Shown: one piece after another, positions 27,210 to 32,000 of the stretch
Layout of the letters: each line of letters opens with the position of its first letter
How positions within the stretch are numbered: position 1 is the stretch's first letter
From: Methylophaga frappieri
Lineage (GTDB): Bacteria > Pseudomonadota > Gammaproteobacteria > Nitrosococcales > Methylophagaceae
DNA: 32,000 bases
Direction: 5' to 3'
Assembly (NCBI RefSeq): GCF_000260965.1
Contig: NC_017856.1
Span: 1,200,001-1,232,000, forward strand
Position numbers and translations under genes: made by a program
The notes under the pieces: model-generated
Database searches by the model: none
What the model was told of the DNA's origin: nothing
The model's input: only the letters and a program-made list of their open reading frames with translations

Positions 27210-28731
27210 TTACAATTTACTCTGTGACACTTGCACTAACAGCTGCTCAACGGAGGCATGCATTACCTCCAGTAAAGGCGCCGGCCAGATACCGATCAAC
27301 AAGACAATCAGGGCCAGACTACCTAATAACAAACCCTCTCTCGCATTAATGTCTTTTAACGCAGCAACCTCGGGGTTGGCAACCTCCCCATAGAAAACTC
27401 GTTTAACCATCCACAAGGTATATGCCGCCCCCACAATCAAAGTCGTTGCAGCAAGAAAAGCAAACCAGAAATCTGCCTGAAAAGCCGCGAGGATGACCAT
27501 AAACTCACCAACAAATCCCGATGTGCCCGGCAAGCCAGCATTGGCCATCGCAAAAAACACGGCAAATGCCGCAAACTTTGGCATCGTATTCACCACACCA
27601 CCATACGCCTTGATATTCCGTGTGTGCATACGGTCATACAACACCCCGACACTCAAAAACATAGCAGCGGCAATGAAACCGTGTGAAATCATTTGCACCA
27701 TGGCCCCTTCAATTGCCAGCACCTCCCCGTTGCCAGCGCCGGGTAACAAGGACGCATTGGCAAAAATACGGAAAATAATAAATAGCCCCAAGGTCACAAA
27801 ACCCATATGGGCAATACTGGAATAGGCAATGAGTTTTTTCAGATCAGACTGTGCCAAGGCCACGAAACCGATATAGACGACAGCAATCAAAGACAAACTA
27901 ATCACCAGCCAGTCCAGCGCCATACTGGCATCGGGTGTAATTGGCAGGGCAAAACGCAATAGTCCATAACCACCAATTTTTAAGGTAATAGCCGCGAGAA
28001 TGACCGATCCCCCAGTCGGTGCCTCAACATGGGCATCAGGTAACCAGGTATGCACTGGCCACATCGGGATCTTAACCGCAAAGGCAATTAAAAAAGCCAA
28101 AAATAGCCAGATCTGCTGGGTCATATCCAGCTTGACTTGGTGATAATCAAGAATGGCAAAACTGCCTGCCTGAAATTGCAGATACAGCAAAGCGATCAGT
28201 AAAAAAACAGAACCAAAAAAGGTATACAAGAAAAACTTCAGGGTTGCATAAACCCGATTCGCCCCCCCCCCAGATACCGATCACCAAAAATAACGGAATC
28301 AGCATCGCCTCAAAAAACAGATAAAACAGAATCGCATCCAGCGCGGCAAACACACCCAGCATCAGCCCTTCCATAATCAAAAAGGCCGCTAAATACTGTG
28401 CTATACGATCTTGAATACTTTGCCAGCTGGCAATCACCACCAGCATGGTTGAAATGGTGGTCAGTATCATCAACGGCATGGAAAAGCCGTCAACACCCAG
28501 CGCATAATGGATATTAAAGGCCGCCACCCAAAGCCGGTTTTCAGAGAACTGCATGCTGGCTGTGCTGCTATCAAAGCCGATATAAAGGCCAAAAGACAAC
28601 AACATGGTCAGCAGACTGAAAAACAACGCCAGCCAACGTGCCGCATAAGTTCGCTTGCCGCAGATCAATACCGTCAAACCGCCAGCAATGGGCAGCCAGA
28701 TTAATAAGCTCAGCAAGGGTAAATCAAACAT
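27210..28731 (-). pseudogene. nuoM: NADH-quinone oxidoreductase subunit M, reading frame interrupted by one extra G in a G10 tract
   Basis: Track ORFs 28147-28731 (N-terminal ~157 residues are NuoM-like, ...EAMLIPLFLVIGIWGG, then nonsense) and 27210-28229 (the rest of NuoM: YTFFGSVFLLIALLYL...WLPDAHVEAPT...AYSSIAHMGF...). In the third frame the sequence right after the G-run reads (A)NRVYATLKFFLYTFFGS, which is the expected continuation. With 9 G instead of 10 the gene is a single ORF reading ...IWGGANRVYATLKFF... Confidence 0.9.
28262..28271 (-). repeat. G10 homopolymer (C10 on the plus strand) inside nuoM
   Basis: Read directly: plus strand ...gattcg-CCCCCCCCCC-agatacc... The position was checked against the codon phase of the track ORF (Trp154 = 28272-28270). 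Confidence 0.9.
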
Positions 28732-28743
28732 GAGCTAAGCCTT

Positions 28744-30681
28744 TCATAACACAAACCAGCTTAATAACAGCCACACACCAATCATCATGACGAAAGCGTA
28801 GTGATACAGATAACCTGACTGCACATGACGCCCAAAACGTGCAGCCAGCCCAATTAACCGGGCACTGCCATTGACCAGTACGCCATCTATCAGCCGCTTA
28901 TCGCCTAATTGCCATAGCAAACTGCCTAAGCCACGAGCCCCTCCCGCAAAGACCTTTTCATTAAAGTGATCAAAGCCATACTTATTATCCAGAATGCGCC
29001 ATAACCACCTGCCCCAGTGCTGCAATCTGGCTGGCAGATCCGGTCGTCTGATATATAAAAACCAGGCTGTCACCACACCAGCCAACGCCAACCAGAATGG
29101 CGGCATTTGTAATCCATGCCATAAAAATGCCCAAACACCGTGATAACCAAGCATATTGAGAACATCTGTTTGCGGCGACACGACAATGGCATCTCTCAGC
29201 CAGTCACCAAACACCATTTGCCCGATGAGATAGCCAGCAAAAATCGATGGTATCGCTAACAAAATCAGTGGCACGGTAACGACAACCGGTGATTCATGCG
29301 GGGGATGACCATGCGCATCAAATCGGGATTGACCATGAAAGACCAGAAACAACAACCGGAAACTATATAACGCCGTCACAAATACCCCGATGAGTAACGC
29401 CCAATAGGCAAAACCGGCACCGGGCATCGCTGAAGCATGAACCGCTTCAATAATCGCATCCTTGGAAAAAAAGCCGGCTAGGCCAGGTGCCCCTATTAAG
29501 GCCAGGGTACCAATGACACTGGTCCAATAGGTGATGGGCAGATATTTTCTCAATCCGCCCATCTGCCGAATATCCTGCTGATGATGCATGGCCAGAATGA
29601 CGGAACCCGCCGCTAAAAATAATAATGCCTTGAAAAACGCATGGGTAAATAAATGAAATATCGCCGCCGAATAAGCAGACACCCCTAATGCCACTGTCAT
29701 ATAACCCAGTTGTGACAACGTAGAATAAGCAATAACACGTTTGATATCGTTTTGAATCAGCCCTAAAAAGCCCATAAACAATGCGGTGATAGCACCTATT
29801 ATCACGATAAATGCCAGTGCGGTTTCAGAGTAGGCATACAGCGGCGACATCCGCGCCACCATGAAAATACCTGCGGTGACCATGGTAGCCGCATGAATTA
29901 AGGCAGAAATTGGTGTTGGCCCCTCCATCGAATCGGGCAGCCAGACATGCAACGGCACCTGCGCGGATTTCCCCATGGCACCGATAAACAACAAAATGCC
30001 AATTACCGTCATCAACGACCATGATTGGTCACCCCAAATTGTAATATGTCGTTCTGCTAATGCTGGCGCTTGAGCAAAAACCTCCAAATAATTCAGACTG
30101 CCGCTGTACATCAAGACTGCGCCAATGCCCAGTAAAAAACCAAAATCGCCAACCCGATTCACCAGAAACGCTTTCAAATTGGCATAGATGGCTGTTGGTT
30201 TTTTGTACCAAAACCCAATCAGCAAGTAAGAAACCAGACCAACCGCTTCCCAGCCAAAGAACAGTTGCATGAAATTATTGGCCATCACCAGCATCAGCAT
30301 GGCAAAAGTGAATAGCGACAAATAACTGAAGAACCGGCAATAGCCCGGATCCTCATGCATATAGCCGATGGTGTAGATATGCACCATAAAGGAAACGAAG
30401 GTCACCACCACCATCATCACGGCGGTCAGCGCATCGACCATAAAACCCACTTCGATGCTCAGGCTGCCCGCCTGCAGCCAGTGGTAAATGGTCGCATTAA
30501 AATATTGCCCGTCAACCAGCACCAGTTTCAGCACATACACTGATAAAGCAAACGCCACCGCCACCCCGGCAATGGCGACACGATGCGCATTGCGACGACC
30601 AATCTGCCGTCCTAAAAAGCCCGCAATAAGGCAGCCAAATAATGGCGACAAAACCAGGGCCAGTAACAGGTTTTGTGTCAT
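28744..30681 (-). CDS. nuoL: NADH-quinone oxidoreductase subunit L
   Basis: 645 aa. Motifs FFGWE.VGL.SYLLIGFW, GKSAQ.PLH.WLPD.MEGPTP.SALIHAATMV.AG, AYST.SQLGYM, plus the long C-terminal lateral-helix region. Confidence 0.95.
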   Translation of the reverse strand: MTQNLLLALVLSPLFGCLIAGFLGRQIGRRNAHRVAIAGVAVAFALSVYVLKLVLVDGQYFNATIYHWLQAGSLSIEVGFMVDALTAVMMVVVTFVSFMVHIYTIGYMHEDPGYCRFFSYLSLFTFAMLMLVMANNFMQLFFGWEAVGLVSYLLIGFWYKKPTAIYANLKAFLVNRVGDFGFLLGIGAVLMYSGSLNYLEVFAQAPALAERHITIWGDQSWSLMTVIGILLFIGAMGKSAQVPLHVWLPDSMEGPTPISALIHAATMVTAGIFMVARMSPLYAYSETALAFIVIIGAITALFMGFLGLIQNDIKRVIAYSTLSQLGYMTVALGVSAYSAAIFHLFTHAFFKALLFLAAGSVILAMHHQQDIRQMGGLRKYLPITYWTSVIGTLALIGAPGLAGFFSKDAIIEAVHASAMPGAGFAYWALLIGVFVTALYSFRLLFLVFHGQSRFDAHGHPPHESPVVVTVPLILLAIPSIFAGYLIGQMVFGDWLRDAIVVSPQTDVLNMLGYHGVWAFLWHGLQMPPFWLALAGVVTAWFLYIRRPDLPARLQHWGRWLWRILDNKYGFDHFNEKVFAGGARGLGSLLWQLGDKRLIDGVLVNGSARLIGLAARFGRHVQSGYLYHYAFVMMIGVWLLLSWFVL

Positions 30682-30684
30682 CTG

Positions 30685-30993
30685 CTAACCTCTGAGTTTA
30701 TCGATATCTTCAACATTGATGGTACTCAGATTTCTGAACAAAACGACAAGTATCGCTAATCCTATTGCCGCCTCTGCCGCAGCAACGGTCAGGATGAAAA
30801 ATACAAAAACCTGCCCGGCAGCATCACCACTAAAATGGGAAAAAGCAATGAAATTCAGGTTGACCGCCAACAGCATCAACTCAATACACATCAACAGAAT
30901 GATGATATTTTTTCGATTCAGAAAAATACCGGCAACGGAGAGACTGAACAGGATTGCCGCTAAAATCAGATAGTCGGATAGCGCAACCATCAC
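30685..30993 (-). CDS. nuoK: NADH-quinone oxidoreductase subunit K
   Basis: About 100 aa with three TM helices, LNRKN....[15 protein letters not shown] and [17 protein letters not shown] overlap with the nuoJ stop. Confidence 0.95.
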   Translation of the reverse strand: MMVALSDYLILAAILFSLSVAGIFLNRKNIIILLMCIELMLLAVNLNFIAFSHFSGDAAGQVFVFFILTVAAAEAAIGLAILVVLFRNLSTINVEDIDKLRG

Positions 30994-31598
30994 TGAGATT
31001 CCTCATCACGCGAAGCCACCGGCATGGACACTAACCGCACCCGATCTTCGCGACGTACCCGTACCTGTTGTCCAGGGTCCTGTAACTTTCGATGATGCGG
31101 TCGCAACGTCAAGGTAATTGCCGCCACAATGGCCACCGTCAAAATCACTGCCGCAATTTCAAATGGATACACATACACGGTATAGAGCAACAAACCGAGC
31201 CGTCTCGTATTGCCACCGGCGTTCGCATCAACACTCGGTGCCGGTACTTGCTCCAGCCCAAACTGATGCACACCCAACACCGCAATCATCTCGACCACGA
31301 TCAGCGCCGCAATCACAATGCCCAGCGGTAGATAACGGGTAAAACCTTCTTTCATGGGGGTCAGGTCAATGTCCAGCATCATCACCACAAACAAAAAAAG
31401 CACCAATACCGCGCCAACATAAACCAGCACCAGACTGATAGCCAAAAATTCGGCTTCCAGCATTAACCAGATTGCCGCACTGGTAAAAAAAGCCAATACC
31501 AGAAACAAGGCAGCCCGCACTGGATTACGTACGGTAATGACCATCGTCGCTGCAAACAACAAAATGGCGGCAAACAGATAAAACGCCAGTTTTTCCAT
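30990..31598 (-). CDS. nuoJ: NADH-quinone oxidoreductase subunit J
   Basis: 202 aa. [30 protein letters not shown]...A..W..L.AEFLA...[18 protein letters not shown] is typical of NuoJ. Confidence 0.95.
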   Translation of the reverse strand: MEKLAFYLFAAILLFAATMVITVRNPVRAALFLVLAFFTSAAIWLMLEAEFLAISLVLVYVGAVLVLFLFVVMMLDIDLTPMKEGFTRYLPLGIVIAALIVVEMIAVLGVHQFGLEQVPAPSVDANAGGNTRRLGLLLYTVYVYPFEIAAVILTVAIVAAITLTLRPHHRKLQDPGQQVRVRREDRVRLVSMPVASRDEESQ

Positions 31599-31607
31599 AA
31601 CAGCGCC

Positions 31608-32000
31608 CTAACGATAAGGCGCATCCGCCTCCCTGTCAGCAGCAATGTCGACTTCATACTTGTCGCCAATTGCCAGTAATTGATGTTTATGCATGATGTT
31701 TTCACCCCGATTTTCAAAGTGATATTCGAAAACCCGTGTCTCTACGATGGAGTCAACTGGACAGGACTCTTCACAAAACCCGCAATAAATACATTTAAAT
31801 AAATCAATGTCGTAGCGCGTCGTTCTTCGGGTGCCATCTTCACGCGGCTCGGTATCAATGGTGATTGCCAGTGCCGGACACACGGCCTCACAGAGTTTGC
31901 ATCCGATACAGCGCTCTTCACCGTTCGGATAACGGCGCAGCGCATGTAAGCCGCGAAAACGGGGCGATTGGGGCGTTTTTTCTTCTGGATATTGCACCGT
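31608..32000 (-). CDS. nuoI: NADH-quinone oxidoreductase subunit I (2x[4Fe-4S] ferredoxin-type), C-terminal part; the N-terminus lies beyond the window end
   Basis: TVQYPEEK..., and two CxxCxxCxxxCP motifs ([12 protein letters not shown] and [12 protein letters not shown]). The frame is open to position 32000. Confidence 0.95.
   Translation of the reverse strand, partial: TVQYPEEKTPQSPRFRGLHALRRYPNGEERCIGCKLCEAVCPALAITIDTEPREDGTRRTTRYDIDLFKCIYCGFCEESCPVDSIVETRVFEYHFENRGENIMHKHQLLAIGDKYEVDIAADREADAPYR

Overview
This window looks like core chromosome from a moderate-GC, gammaproteobacterium-like organism (taxonomy inferred from gene content and order only). I saw no rRNA, tRNA, CRISPR array, transposase, integrase or phage gene.

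Layout:
- 1-10055, minus strand: an 11-gene cell-shape and peptidoglycan cluster, mreB-mreC-mreD-mrdA-rodA-mltB-rlpA-dacA-dat-ybeD-lipB, mostly joined by overlapping stop/start codons.
- 10178-11938, plus strand: gatC-gatA. No gatB follows.
- 11.9-15.2 kb: the one accessory-looking patch. It holds a decayed alpha/beta-hydrolase pseudogene and an AlsS-like thiamine-diphosphate enzyme coupled to a TlpA-like periplasmic thioredoxin.
- 15276-15727: rpmB-rpmG and a strong terminator.
- 15788-21733: a translationally coupled chain of an EAL-HDOD protein, ABC ATPase, ABC-2 permease, GldG-like protein, DUF4340-like protein and mutM.
- 21762-25258: an orphan monoheme cytochrome c, rluD, and a stand-alone EF-G2-type paralog.
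- 25455-32000, minus strand: the distal part of the complex I operon, nuoI (partial)-J-K-L-M-N plus a DUF2818-like gene.

Best candidate for an uncharacterised system: the five-gene EAL-HDOD / Gld-like ABC / DUF4340 module. It sits exactly where rpmBG and mutM are adjacent in E. coli.

Other notable points:
- nuoM is broken by a +1 frameshift inside a G10 tract.
- mreC appears to start at an ATT codon behind a perfect AGGAG, upstream of its first ATG.
- The gatCAB operon is truncated next to a decayed hydrolase gene.
- I found no clear-cut novel defence or mobile system.
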